NCBI RefSeq assembly: GCF_009914755.1 | Contig: NC_060947.1 | From: the human T2T-CHM13v2.0 reference genome, Homo sapiens | Length of the DNA stretch: 64,000 nt | Strand: one strand, 5' to 3' | Part shown: positions 1 through 13,639 of the stretch, piece by piece | How the letters are laid out: each line of letters begins with the position of its first letter | How positions within the stretch are numbered: the stretch's first letter is position 1 | Notes under the pieces: generated by a model | What the model was told of the DNA's origin: nothing | Databases searched by the model: none | Seen by the model: the letters and a program-made list of their open reading frames with translations, nothing else | Position numbers and translations under genes: made by a program

Positions 1-197
1 TGTAATGGAAATAGCAGGGCATTTGGAGTCACTTACCCTTAGCAGTGCGGCCTTAGGGACAGCATTGACCTTCTCTGTCCTGCAGTTTCCCTGCAAATGC
101 AATACAACTAGGGACATGAGGATCCTCAGAAAATAAATCCCCAAAACAATCTCAAGTATATGCTTTATTCTTATATTTACCTTCCTTCTTTAGGCTT

Positions 198-236
198 TGA
201 TATGGTTTGGATCTTACGGTCCCCACCCAAAACTCA
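198..236 (+). mobile_element. 5' tip of a MaLR LTR (THE1/MST-like)
   Basis: TGATATGGTTTGG..CCCCACCCAAAACTCAT matches the recalled THE1/MST LTR start; cut off by the adjacent MLT2. Confidence 0.6.
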
Positions 237-822
237 TTTATTAGTCAAGGTTCTCTAGAGGGACAGAATTAATAGGATATATGTATACATGAAAGAGAGT
301 TTATTAGGGAAAATTGGCTCACATAATTACAAGCCAAAGTCCCACGACAGGCTGTCTGTAAGCTAGGGAAGAGAGAAGCCAGTAGTAGCTCAGTCCAAGA
401 CTGAAAGCCTCAAAACCAGGGAAGCTGACGGTGCAGCCTTCAGTCTGTGGCCAAAGGCCCAAGAGCCCCTGGCAAGCCACTGGTGCAAGTCCCAAGTCCA
501 GAGGCCAAAGAACCTTGAATCTGATGTCAAAGGGCAGGAGGAGCAGAAGGAAGCATCCAGCACTGGGGAAAAAGAAGGAAACCAGAAGACTCAGTGAGCA
601 AGGGTATGCCACCTTCTTCCGCCTGCTTTATTCTAGCTGCGCTGGCAGCCAGTTGGATGGTGCCCGCCCACATTGATGGTGGGTTTTCATCTCCCAGTCC
701 ACTGATTCAAATGTCAATCTCCTCTGGCAACACCCTCACAGAAACACCCAGAAACAATACTTTACCAGCCATCTAGGCATCCTTCCATCCGATCAAGTTG
801 ACACCTAATATTAAATATCACA
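237..822 (-). mobile_element. MLT2 (MLT2B-like) ERVL solo LTR
   Basis: TATTAGTCAAGGTTCTCTAGAGGGACAG ... CAAGTTGACACCTAATATTAAATATCACA, both recalled MLT2 termini. Confidence 0.9.
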
Positions 823-1329
823 AGCCTCTAACTTGTTATAATTAATGATACTATCAACAGCAGCATAGTAGTTACTCAATAAAGAGCAGCTATTATAACT
901 TAAAAATTTTTTATAAATAATAATATAGGCTTCACGGAGGCTGGAGCCATATTCATCCTATCTCCCACATATTCCTAATGCTTGGCCCAGTGCCTTATGT
1001 ATAATGGCCATTAATTAAATATATGCTGAAATAAAATTAATCCTGCTATTAATGATAGAAAATTAGAACTGCAACTCAAAATTTTTATTTTGGTAAATAA
1101 TTCCCTATTATAATTCCCTAGCAATCTAGCTTACAATCAGCATTTTACCCAGCTATTAATACTTTCTCTATAGTATACATAGTTTGAAATCATTGTGTTG
1201 AAATTGTTTTACCTGGATTAGTTTTCTCTTCTTCCACTCTTTCTCTCACCTGAATGAAGATGTCTAGCTTTCTTTCTGTGGTATCATTGTGGCTTCTCTT
1301 TCTCTCTATCCTGGTATTCCTGTAGAACA

Positions 1330-1475
1330 TTTAATCAATCAACATCTGACTCCTAGTCTAGACAGCAGTCACCTGTAGAATGAGAACTTCTTCCTTTGCA
1401 TTTTTGAGTCCCCAGTACCTATTTCTGCCACATAGTAAATGTTCAATATATATATTTTTATCCAAGTGAATGAAG
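1330..1475 (+). mobile_element. L2 3' end remnant
   Basis: CCCAGTACCTA..CATAGTAAATGTTCAATA..GTGAATGAA resembles the L2 tail. Confidence 0.5.
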
Positions 1476-4400
1476 GGAGCAGAAAAAATAAGATGAAAAT
1501 ACTAATTAAATTTTCAGATACAAGGATATGGACAAAAAATACAACTATTTGTTATCTTGTGTTTATAAATAGAAACAATAGAGTAAATCAATTGTTGGAA
1601 ATATATTTGTCATGTAACAAAATAGACTGCAAAATGTCTTTTTTGTCACACTAGGCCTGCTCACTCCCATAGGTCTTTTTGCAGAGGGCGCACATTGCTT
1701 ATTATTATGTTATTTGAAAGAAAATCAAAAGAATATTTTTATGATTTTTCTGGTTAATTAAACATAATAATAGAGGAGGGGAGTTGGCCAAGTAGATGTT
1801 GGTTAGGTTTAGAGGATAAGAATAGAGTTAATATCTTTATCAAACAATGGGTTCACATTTAAATTATCCAGAGACCTTGACTTAAATTTTGTATCAAACG
1901 ATTTAATTATGTTTTCTTTGGCACTGGTTTTTGAATTCACTATTAGTTGTTCCAGTTTCTCACAAATGCAACATGATGTGAAGGACACAAAAGTAGAAAC
2001 ATCTTTCTATTTTTCACATTCATTTTGCTTCCAATGCTGTAGAAAAGACAGCAAATACTAATTATCTTGTTTACAATCATCTAATTATTGGCAGAAGAAG
2101 GATTTAGAACTTCCCCCTAGCAATATCTCTCTAGATGCAAAATAAACACCACAATTAAGAAAAAAAGGCAGCAACTAGGAAAAAAAAAAGGTTTTCCTAA
2201 TTTGACCATCCCAGATGCTTGAAATTGTCTTCCAAAATGAGCTAATACTTTAATTAATAGTTCAAACCAAATAAGAAAATTTACCAAGAATTCCAGCTAA
2301 TTCCTAATGCCCAGAGGGAACAGATAATGCAAGCTCTCCTGTCATTTAGTAAACCTTATGTTTTAAAAAAAATGCTGCTAGTAGAGGCTGTTTAACAATT
2401 TTAGTCTTTTTTCCTTGTGCAACAAATAGTTCATATAACATAAGTACATGTGGAGAAGAAGCCTTTTAGACTTGCAACAATGAAATCATGTTATAAAGAG
2501 GTGTCAATAATAATAGCCCACAGATATTGCACATTTGCTTTATGTCCAAGAGTTTAGTGTGTTTTACATACATTATCCCAGTTAATTCTTGGAGATACAA
2601 AACAAAACATGAGAGGAATGCAACTTTTCCCTCTTTTATAGATAACACTAACTAAGGTTGAGGCTTTCTGAGTGTGTGAACCTTGACCAGTGCCACACAA
2701 CATCTACTTCAACACATGCCCACACAATATAACTCCACAACCCGTGCATGCTTTTCATCATTGACCTCACCTCTATGGACACTGGGGGAGTTGGAAAATA
2801 CTATCACAAGAAGACATGGTGAGAGAAGGCAAAAGATGCTACCATTTATTTGAAATAAGAAGTAAAATTATGTTTTTATTTTTTAAAAAATTCTGGTGTG
2901 AAGGTAATTAAGCTAAATAAGATAATTAAGTGCCTCAATTTTATTGCCTGATAGAAATTATACACATGTAACTGTTTGATTTTCTCACTCCAAGTGCTGC
3001 CTCAATTGGCTGATTTAGTCTCCTGAAAATGTGGTTTTTATTTTCCCAACTAGTAGAGTCAATACACTGTGTGAATTAATACCACACAGATTTCTCCTTA
3101 AACCTGACTCTTCCTCCCTAATGAAAATGTTAAAAAGATTTGCTTGTTTTGTTTTGGATTGTTTTGGGTTTGTTCATTTTGTTTTATTTTCCATTGGAGA
3201 AAACAGATTTTGTACTATTTGACATACGAAACATAGATACACACATATACAACATATTAACACTTTGGGGACCCCTGTATACTATTTTAGCATAATGTAT
3301 GTCATAAAGGAGTATTCAATGTAGAGCACTATTAGGAACTAATCTAGAGGGGCTCAAGAGAAGACCAGCAATAATGATTACCTCTTAATGTCATGGATGA
3401 TTTCCTTGACTGCATTCTACAAACATGCCACAAAAGCTTTGCTTTAAGAATGATATGCTGGAAAGAAGAGCATTTGAGTTGTGTACAGAGAAAGTAAATC
3501 TGTTCTGTTCTACATATAGCAGTGAAAAAAAAATGGGATCAAATAGAATAGTAACCAAAGTGCTAAAATCCAAAACAAAAAAAAAAATTCCCTTATCCAG
3601 AATAAGAATGAAAACAATGTATTTTCAAGTATCTTTTGGCCCTAATTGCCTTACCCTTAATAAATCTACTTGGAATATGTTTGCACTGTCCATAATCGGA
3701 ATATCTTATATTTTAAAGGTAGAATTGAATAGATGTATATTACAATAATAGTCAGAAACAATTGATTCCAGCATAAAGCACAGTATAGATTGGATCTCTT
3801 TACTAACCATATCCTATTCTCATTGGTACACAAATGTAGGGAATTTTGATGAACAGTTAAAGGCAAAATTAAGATAAGTAAGACTATTCTACACACAGCA
3901 ATCCCTAGCAGGTTTAACAGTGACAGTACCATTATATAACATGCTGTCCCATAATTCTTTTGACGCCTGAGTCAATATTGGTCTCCCTCATGGGTTAAAG
4001 ATAACTCTTGGTCTATGTGACAAACAAGAATTCAATGGGAAAAACAGAAGAATATATGAAGTATGCAATTGAAAACTTTTTAAATTTATTTTTTAAGTAA
4101 ACTGAAACTGAATTAGACATTAAGCCAACATTAAAAGAAGCTGATAAAAATTTAACTATTATATATATTATTTAAAAAAGGAATGACTTTTACATGTATT
4201 CATTCAAGTGAAAAATATATAAATACTGAACAATGTATGCACACCATTTTTTAAGAGTCAGTGATGTATATATACTCTAATTCAAAAAATATATTGGGAC
4301 CAGTTAAATATCAATTTTGAAAATTTTACCTAAGTTCCAATGCTCATCTGAATAATATCTTTAAAAATGTTTACAAATAAAAAGTGTGCCTAAGAGTACG

Positions 4401-7229
4401 AAATGTATCTCATCTATGCAAAATTAATTTTCCAAATACATTTTAAAATAGTAGAATACTATTTGTCAAAATTAGCAGTTCTTTCTCCACATGGGACAAA
4501 AATATAAATATATTATCATCCAAATTTTGCAGATGTTCTCAATTCTAAGTAATTTATTTACAGCTCTCAGTTCCTGTTTTGTCCCTTTTTTAAACTTGAG
4601 CCTACAAAAAGAAGCCCAGAATACAGAATCTGGATATAATATCAACTACTTTATTTTCTGATGAACAACAATAAAAAGCAAATCCTGGTGCCGGGTGAAG
4701 AGAAAATAAAAGGTTTTTTAAAACAAATCTTGGGTTTTATTTTTCCCCCAGATGTCAGACCCATGATACAAACTCATAGATTGGAATCTGATACTTGAAA
4801 GAAACAGTTGGCTGTGGAGAGTGCCAAAGATGCAATTTTATAACCAGAAAAGGTTTGAACTATTCATAAGGAAAGGCTTAACAATTTTAAAGATAGATCA
4901 GCTACCAAACTGCTGAAATGAATTAAAATAAACTCATCAACAAAAATTGGACAGTAAAGATTGTCAAGAATGAGCATAGGTAATGTACCCCTAGGCTCAG
5001 CTCTTTGTTAGAGCAGCAAGGGAAGAGAATATAGAATCTTGTATAAAATCCTTATTTTAAAAGAAGATACGAATATTTGGGTTTTACTTTTCTTTTTAAC
5101 AGTATTACTTGTGCATATTAGCTTGTTAAATGCGTGCTCCCTAAATGTTGCCAAGTGAGATTTTCCATTTCTAAAACAAATACTAAAAAATGCAGTCTTC
5201 AGTGGATGAGCCCATTCATGTTTTGAATGCAGCAATATTTCAAATTCTTTGGATATGTTGGCAAAGCCCTACGTACTTGTCTATGAAGGTTAGAAGAAAT
5301 ATAATAAATATTTATGATTCCCTGACAGCTTGGCTTTGGAACATTTTGATAGAGTTTCTGATAATTGAGGAGATATTTTAGTCTATTTTCACAAGTCTTT
5401 TAATGCCTAAACCAGAGCAAGCAGATATAAACTGTAAATACAAAATAATCCTCAAAAATTCATTGGTATAATTCTTTATATAAGAGACTTTAAAACTTCT
5501 CAAAATATGTAAGTATATATGTAGGTATACACACATTTGTACACACACATTTTGGGTAACAATTCATACCAACATCTCCTTTCTCTTATATCTCTAAAGC
5601 ACAGAAGCATAAAAACTTATTGTTGTTTGCAAATAAATAGTGGAAATACTTTACCTGCTTCATTGCTCCTCTATGAATATTTATGTTAATTTTAAATATT
5701 CTCAACTAAAGCTGAATTTTTAACTAAATCTGCACTGAGAACAGAGAATCAGTAATCTTAGTCTGGAAAGAGCAAGGCCAGTAAAGAGAACAAATATTGA
5801 TGAGGATGATAGAATAGATGTTTGAGGAAGGCAATCTAGATTGAAGATTGCAGCTTTGGCAGCAATATCTAGAATAACTAAATGTCAAAGAGAATAAAGT
5901 GTCATCAATTTTGCTGTCAAATAAAGCCATAAAGAAAGAGAACTTTTGGAGTTGTGCATTTGTGTGAGTCTATCTCAAACTGATAATCACAAGGTGGTAA
6001 AGATTGTGTGATTGGTCAATACAAACCAGTGAAATGTAATTCTAGTTTTTGGAACATTAAACTGAGCTAGGAGTTTAAAGGTCCCAGGGTATTGTCAGTG
6101 CCTCCATCAATTAGCAGGATTTAAGGAACTCTAAAATAATCTATTTTAATATAATAATTATTGTTTTTAACATAGGGTTCTTTCTAGAAAGTAACTTAAC
6201 CCTTTTGATAAAAGTAAACAAGTAAGAATGGTTGATATGACCATTCTCCATTAGAGTAATTCCCAAGAGGATAGGTGAGTGTCTAGGTTAAGTCTTTTGG
6301 ATATGATCCTGGATACCTGAAGGATGGGAGGAAGTGACACCTGTAAGTAGGGCTCTCCTTTATCCTCTTGGAAAACTGAACAAGACCTGAAGCCAACCTA
6401 CGATGGTATTTTTTGTCCCAATCTTTTGCATATAACTTAGGGGGACTCTTGCTCAGGACCTTTAAAGTGTACACAGAAGAGACAGCAGGCTGAACCAGCT
6501 AGGTGCAAATTAATTCAGTGAATGGCCAATGATTAGAGGAATTCTATGCAATATTAATTCCACCACAACCCCAGCACAGCTTTGCTGTACATTGAGGTAG
6601 AATATAGGTCTTTTGGCTTTTATTTGATTCAGGGCAAACTTTCCAAGGTGCCTCTACAAAAAACAGTTGAAGGATACTAAAGTCAGATTTTTAGCATTTC
6701 CTCTTGACAGTGTCTGAATTTAGATGTCAAGAGAACTTGGCTCAACCATACATTCATTTCTGTAATATATATCATCACAGAGGTCAAAGTACATACACCA
6801 ACCAGATTTCTAAAACAGCTAATTCATAATTCTTAGGTAAATACACTGTAATTAAGAGATAAATAGGCTTAAATAAGAAAGAGCTGGCTCCTAGTCAGTT
6901 AAATATTTGGATATAGCCATCCAAAAAAGTCTATCCAGTCTCTGGTTGTAGATGTTTTTAGAGATATTACCATAACCTAATTCTGGATTGGATCTTTTAG
7001 AAATTATAGGCTTGTGGTTTTGCCTGGCACATAGCAGGGACACAAGTATTTTTTCATGTCTAAACCAATTTAAATGAAAATCCTCTCACCCAACATTAGA
7101 ACATGCATTTGCCCTTTTAAAGTATGCCTCTTGGTGAATATTTAGTCATTTAAACATTTGCCATACAATCCCTAAGCCATTGATTATAAAGCAACCAAGT
7201 TAGGTTTAAGTAATTGTCTGCTCACCCCC

Positions 7230-7335
7230 TAATTCCATTAATTCATCAAATACTTATTAGGTATCAGTCATGTACCAGGCACTGTTGTGGGCATTTGTAA
7301 TGCATAAATGAACAAAAGAGAGCCATTTTCCTCAC
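7230..7335 (-). mobile_element. L2 3' end remnant
   Basis: ATTCATCAAATACTTATTAGG..TGTACCAGGCACTGTT..ATGAACAAAA. Confidence 0.6.
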
Positions 7336-7467
7336 CATATTTTATATATTCTTCAAGTAGTCTGAAAGCAAATAGCTAATTAGCAAATGGCTCCAATTTA
7401 CATTTTTACAACTGATCCTGTTTTTAACCATGTTTTAGCCATCTCACATTCTGTACTTCATGACAGC

Positions 7468-10280
7468 TGTTATGGTTTGGACATTTTTCCCCTCCAAAAC
7501 TCATGTTAAAATTTAATTGCCACTGTAACAGTATTAAAAGGTGGGGCCCTTACCAGGTGTTTAGGCCATGAGGGCTCCACTGTCATGGGTGGGTTTAGTG
7601 CCTTATATTATAAAAAGGGCTTCCAGAAGGAGGCTTTTGCTCTTCCCATCTCATGGCCTTCTGCCATGGGATGGCACAGCAAGAGGGCCCTTGAAAGATA
7701 CTGGCCCCTTGATCTTGGACTTTCCAGCCTCCAGAACTGTGAGCAAATACATTTCTGTTCATTATAGATTATTCAATCTCAGGCATTCTGTTACAGCAGC
7801 AAAAATGGACTAAGACAGAAAATTGGTAATGAGACGTGGGGCTGTTGCTATAACAAATACCTAAAAATGTGGAAGCAGCTTTGAAACTGGGTAATGTGTA
7901 GAGACTGGAAGAGTTTGGACAAGCAGGGTAGAAAAAGCCTAGACTGCCAAAAATAGAGCATTAAAGACAATTCTGGTGAGGGATCAGAAAAACAACTGAT
8001 GGAAATGTCTGAAACTTCTTAGAGATTACTTCAGTGTTCACGATCAGAATGTTAGTAGAAATATGGGTAGTAAAGTCAATTCTGATGAGGTCTCATACAG
8101 AAATGAGGAAAAAGGTATTGGAAACTAGAGTAAAAAACCATCCTTTTTATAAAGTGGCAAGAAAATTGGTGGAATCGTGTCCATGCCCATGGGCTTTTGT
8201 GGAAGGCAGAATTTAAGAGAAATGAACTAGGATATTGGCAGAAGAAATATCTAAGCAGAAAAACCTTCAGTATGCTGCATGGCTTCTTTCAACTGCCTGT
8301 AGTAAAATGTGAGAAGGAAGAAATAATTTAAAGAGAATATGTAATTAAAAGAGAAACAGAACTTGGGAATTTGAAGGATTCTTAGCCTGACCCTGTGGTA
8401 GAGAATGAAAGAGCATTTTCAAAAGAGAAAACCAAGGCTGTGGCCAAGGAACTCTTGGATAAGGAGATTAGTATGAGTAGAATAAAGCCACAGGCTATTC
8501 ATCAGGCTATTCACCAATGAAAGAATAATCCTGAAGGCATTTGAGAATACCAGTGCTGCCCCTCCCATCACAGGCCAAGAGTACCAAGGCTTGGGGGTAC
8601 AGAAATGTGCCAAAAGAGAGGCCTAGAGTGTCCATGAGACGTATTTATTCCCCTGTGCAGCCTTAAGTGTCTGCTTCCTGCACTCTAGTGCAGCACTCCT
8701 TGGCTGCTCCAGCCATGGCACAAGCAAACCCCGGTGTGGCTTGACCTGCCACTCTGGAAGGTACAAGCCATAAAGCTTGGTGGCATCCATGTGGTGCTAA
8801 TTCTGCAGGTGTACAGAGTGCAAGAGCTATGGATGCATGGCTTTCTCCACCTAGATTTCAAATGATGTCATGGACTGCTTGAAGGGTCCAGGCAGAAACT
8901 TTTCACTGATATGGAGCCACTGCAGCCAGTCCCCACTAGGGCAATGTGGAACAAAGCTATGGGAGTGAGGCCACTGCACAGTGTCTCCACTAGGGCAATG
9001 CCTAGTGCAGCCATGGGAGTGGGGTCATGCCTGAAACCCCACAACTGTAAAGCTACCAGTATACAACACTAGCCAGGGAGAGGCACAGTCATGACACACC
9101 AACCTGTGAGAGCTGCTGCATGGGTTGAGCCTTACAAAGCCATAGGAGTGAGGCTGTCTGAGGCCTTGGGTGCCCAGCCCCCACCCCAGTGTGTATAGAA
9201 GGTGGGACCTGGAGTCAAAGAAGATTATTCTCAAGGCTTAGGATTTAGTATTATTGCCTTTTGGGGTTTTAGACTTGCTTGGGATTTGTTACTCCTTTCT
9301 TCCTTCCTATTTCTCCCTTTGGAATGGAAATGTCTATCTTATACCTGTCTCACCATTGTATTTTATAAGCATGTAACTTGTTTAATTTCATAGACTCACA
9401 GCTGGAGGGGAATTTTTCTCAGGATGAATAATGCCTTGAGTCACAACTATATGTGATTTAGATGATACTCTGGACTATGGACCTTTCAGTTGATACTGGA
9501 ATGAGTTAAGACTTTTGGGGCTACTGAGATGAAATGAATGCATTTCGTATGTGAGAAAAACATAAGTTTGGGGGGGTCGGGGGCAGAATAATATGGGTTG
9601 AATGTTTGTCCCCTCCAAAACTCAAGTTGAAATTTAATTGGCATTGTAACAGTATTAAGAGGTGGGGGCTTTAAGAGGCAATTAGACCATGAGGGCTCCA
9701 CTATTTTAAAAAATGGCTTCTGAGAATGGGTCCCTCTCTTCCCCTCTCTTGCCCTTCTGCCTTATTCCATGGAATGACACAGGAAGAAGACCATTACCGG
9801 ATGCTGGCTCTTCCTTCTTGGACTTCTCAGTCTCCATGACTGTGAGCCAATTAATTTCTGTTTATATTAGTCCATTCTCATGCTGCTATGAAGAAATTCT
9901 TGAGACTGGTTAATTGATAAAGAAAACAGGTTTAATTGACTCACAGTTCCATATGACTGGGGAGGCCTCAGGAAACATACAATCATGGCAGAAGGTGCCT
10001 ATTCACAGGGCAGCAGGAGATAGAATGAGAGTTGAGCGAAGGGGAAAACCCCTCATAAAACCATCAGATCTCCCGATAACTCACTCACTATCACGAGAAT
10101 AGTATGGGAGAACCGCCCCCATGATTCAATTATCTCCCCCGGTCCCACCCTTGACACATGGGAATTATTACAATTCAAGGTGAGATTTGGGTGCGGACAC
10201 AGAGCCAAACCATATCACTGTTCAATATAAATTACCGAGTCTCCAGTATTCTCTTACAGCAGCAAAAATGAACTGAGATC
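7468..10280 (+). mobile_element. Full-length MaLR provirus (MSTC/MSTD-like): 5' LTR 7468-7817, internal 7818-9588, 3' LTR 9589-10280
   Basis: Two similar LTRs (CCCCTCCAAAACTCA.GTT.AAATTTAATTG..TGTAACAGTATTAA), MST-int-like internal sequence, purine tract before the 3' LTR, ACAGC at 7463-7467 and 10281-10285 as likely TSD. Confidence 0.9.
9863..10217 (-). mobile_element. THE1 (THE1C-like) solo LTR nested in the MST 3' LTR
   Basis: TATTAGTCCATTCTCA...AGCCAAACCATATCA; 5-bp TSD CTGTT at 9858-9862 and 10218-10222. Confidence 0.93.
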
Positions 10281-11984
10281 ACAGCTAAGTTTCCTCGAGT
10301 TTTTCTATATGAGTAACCAAAGTGGAACTATAGATAACTACATAATGAATTTGTATTCAGTAGGTTACTCTAAAGTTTACAGCCAGAGGTTGACTTTTGA
10401 CAAGTTATAAGCATCCTGAATAGCCCCAAGTCCAGAAAAATAATTAAATGAAGCACAGTTGTTACACTGATGCTATTTCAACTTTCTATTTTGTAAGTGC
10501 TCTGAATACAGATTAGGAAGTGTTACAGTAACAGGTGCATTTTATTTGCTCAATGTTTATTGTTCTGCTTGATTTAATGAAGAAACTAAATTGTTAAATA
10601 TATTAATATGTGAAAGCAATGTGAAAATAATTGTATTTTTGGGTGCTGTAAGTTCTGCTACGTAATTTTTCCTTAACCCTGAAAATAGCTAATTTAGAAT
10701 TGTTTAATGATTTTTAAAAATATTTTCCACACCTTTCTTTTCATGTGATTTAGAAACATAACATTGCTTTTAGATATGCAAACTTTATAGCAATAGCTTT
10801 CATTAATCCTGGATTTTCACCCACATATTTTGAAAAATTGAATAATGAATTGATCTCTGGCTGTGTTTTGCAGATAAAAATTAGCATGTAAACACATATA
10901 ACAAGAAATCTGAAATAAATGGCATTTACAGAAGGTAATATTTTTCTATTTCAATTCTTTATTGACTAGAATTTATTTAGTGTTCTGAGAGCTCATAAGA
11001 CATGTCTACTAATGTTTCAGCATTTTGAAAAAAATTGTTTGTACTATGATATGTACAAAATCATTCCACCCCTAAACCTCTCTTTTTTCTAGTTATATGA
11101 ACTTGTATTGCTTCCATCTGCTGAAAACCAGTAAATATTCTTTGCCTACATGAAAAACCACTTTCATTCATATACTTTAGTTCACATATTTATGAAAAGC
11201 AGTGTGTTAATGAGTAAGTTAAACTTCTAAGTTGTTTGGGGTCTTTAAATGAGAGATTGTGAATGTTTTCGTATCTTGACTGAAACAGATGAAAGTTTTC
11301 AGTTAATCTAAGATATATACTTGGCAGCTGACTAAAATAATCTTAATTTAATCTGGAAACAACTTTTGTTCTAATCAACTTCTTTTTTCACATTAGTGTA
11401 ATTGTCCATTTTTAAATATTTTCCTTTCACAAGTTAACTTTTCTTAATAAGTTTTGCTGTTCATAATTGTTGACAATTTTTTCATGTCAAGTACATTAGA
11501 GAAGATTAAGTATTTTAAATCATTAAAATGCAATAAAAAGAAAGAGATTCAAATTCTGGGTAACATTCCCTTTTCAAGCTTACAAATTGACTACCAAGAA
11601 TTAGCTGTGAAACTTCACAAAAAACTCTGCCCAAATCAAAACATCTAAGTTCCTAAGGGATAATCAAATATAATAAACTAATGAGAACTTCCAAACCACG
11701 GCAATATATAAAAGAAACAAATGAAATTGTAATATGATCATAAATTTATATATAATCTTGTTCAATGAAAATTTGTTAGAACCCAAAGGTTAATGAGGCC
11801 AACATCAAGGTCTTTGTTCAGCATATTCTTAAACACATAGAAAATTATTCTCATTCTCATGTGGAGATATGTATTATTGAAACTGAAGGGTTAGTTCAAG
11901 TATGCAGGTAGCATGTCCCAACAGGAATTTAGGGGGATATTACTTCAGTAAAACTTTTTATGAGAAACAATTTATTTAAAATTT

Positions 11985-12299
11985 CAACTATTCAGCAATT
12001 ATTTATTGATACTTATTAAGTGTTAGGCATGACCTTAAAGTATTTTACAGTTTAATGGTGGGAGGTTTATGGTGTTAACAAACACAAGCAAATTACTTTA
12101 AATATGGTAATTACTGTTTTAGGGAATATACTGAGGGTATAACAATAGCTTAAAGGACATATGCCTGGGGAAATCCAGAAAGGTTGTGGAATAAAGATAC
12201 TTTGGACAAGAAATATTCAGGAAGAATAAGCTCATGTGTATATTCCAAAGAGAAAAAATAACATATTCAAAAGGATGATGTTGGAATATTGTGTGTGCA

Positions 12300-12330
<31 letters not shown>

Positions 12331-12500
12331 ATGCCTGTGTGTGTGGAATATAAATTGTATGGAGATAAGAAAGAACAAATATACAAAAGGAGATCCTTAA
12401 AGACCTCATAATTACTAAAAGTTTTGACTTTAATTTGGTAGGCAAATAGGGCTTATTGAAGATTTTCACAGAGGCAACATGACTGAATTTGTTTTCCGAT
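11985..12500 (-). mobile_element. L2 remnant
   Basis: ATTCAGCAATTATTTATTGA..GTGTTAGGCA L2 tail, followed by purine-rich L2-like sequence. Confidence 0.55.
12290..12345. repeat. (TG)n microsatellite, interrupted
   Basis: direct observation. Confidence 0.95.
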
Positions 12501-12504
12501 TTAG

Positions 12505-13070
12505 TCTGTTGGTTTAGTGGTCCCAAGAGAGACATTGCATAACAAATCACCCCCAAACACAATAGCTTGAAAAACCAATAATGGTTTATTATCACTTACG
12601 GTTTCTGTAGGTCAGGAATTCCAAAGCAGCTTGACTCAGTGGACCTGACTCAGGGTCCTCACGTGGTTGCATTCAGAATGTTGATTGGTGCTGAACTCAT
12701 CTGAAGGCTTTACTTAGACTAGAAAAGACACATTCAGGTGACACTCTCACATGATTGGCAAATTCTTTCTGGCTGTTGGCCAGAGACCTCAGTTTCTCCT
12801 TAAGTAATTCTCCTTAAGTAGTTTTTCCTTAAGTAGTTCTTAAGTCTCCGTAAGACTGTGTGCATCCTCACAACATTATGGCTATAGGCCAACAGACCAA
12901 GGCAGAAGCTATAATGTCTTTTATAACTCAGCCTAGGAAGTCACACACTATAACTTCCACCATATTCTATTGGTAAACAACAAGTCTGATTCTGTATAGG
13001 AGTAGCCTTCACAAAAGGATGCATAAGAGAGATGACAATCATCAGGAACCATCCTGGCTGCCAGTTACCA
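12505..13070 (-). mobile_element. MLT1 (F/G/H-like) solo LTR
   Basis: GCATAACAAATCACCCCCAAAC..GTTTCTGTAGGTCAGGAATT..GAAGTCACAC..CTGCCAGTTACCA; boundaries approximate. Confidence 0.8.
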
Positions 13071-13361
13071 GAGAAAAGGTCCAAGTCTCAAGGCAACCAC
13101 ACCAGATATAAAGTATTTGTGAAAATCAAGATAAGAAATCATGACTTTCTGACTCACAATCTTACTCACATGAAATGGGGGTGAAGAAAAGGGGCCCTAT
13201 TTAGAAAAGGGTATAATGATTGATTGACAAACATTTACCTGAGGAAATCCAGAAAGGCTGTGGAGTAAAGATAATACTTTTGTTGAGAAGTATTCAGGTA
13301 AAATAAGCTCATGTGGATATTCCAAAAAGGAAAAAGAGCATATTAAAAAGAAAGAAGATGG

Positions 13362-13366
<5 letters not shown>

Positions 13367-13402
<36 letters not shown>
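13367..13402. repeat. (TG)n microsatellite, pure
   Basis: direct observation. Confidence 0.97.
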
Positions 13403-13405
<3 letters not shown>

Positions 13406-13639
13406 CGTAGAATTCACAAATATCATGACTGATCAGATATGGAGGATATGGGTGCAGAAAGAGCCCCAAACGACTCTCAGGTTTTAGGTTTGAGTGATGA
13501 AGAAAAGAGTGAGGCCAGAAATAATGATAAAGGAGAAGGAGCAAGGTTAAGAGGGAAAGGTGATACATTTTTTTTTCTAAGATGGCATTAAATTTCTCGT
13601 GGGACATCCATGTGGCTATAATAATCATAATCACAGATG

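Noticed and set aside
4735-4985. Candidate exon after TTTTCCCCCAG at 4751
   Set aside because: Only weak donors and no supporting coding frame; such acceptors are common by chance
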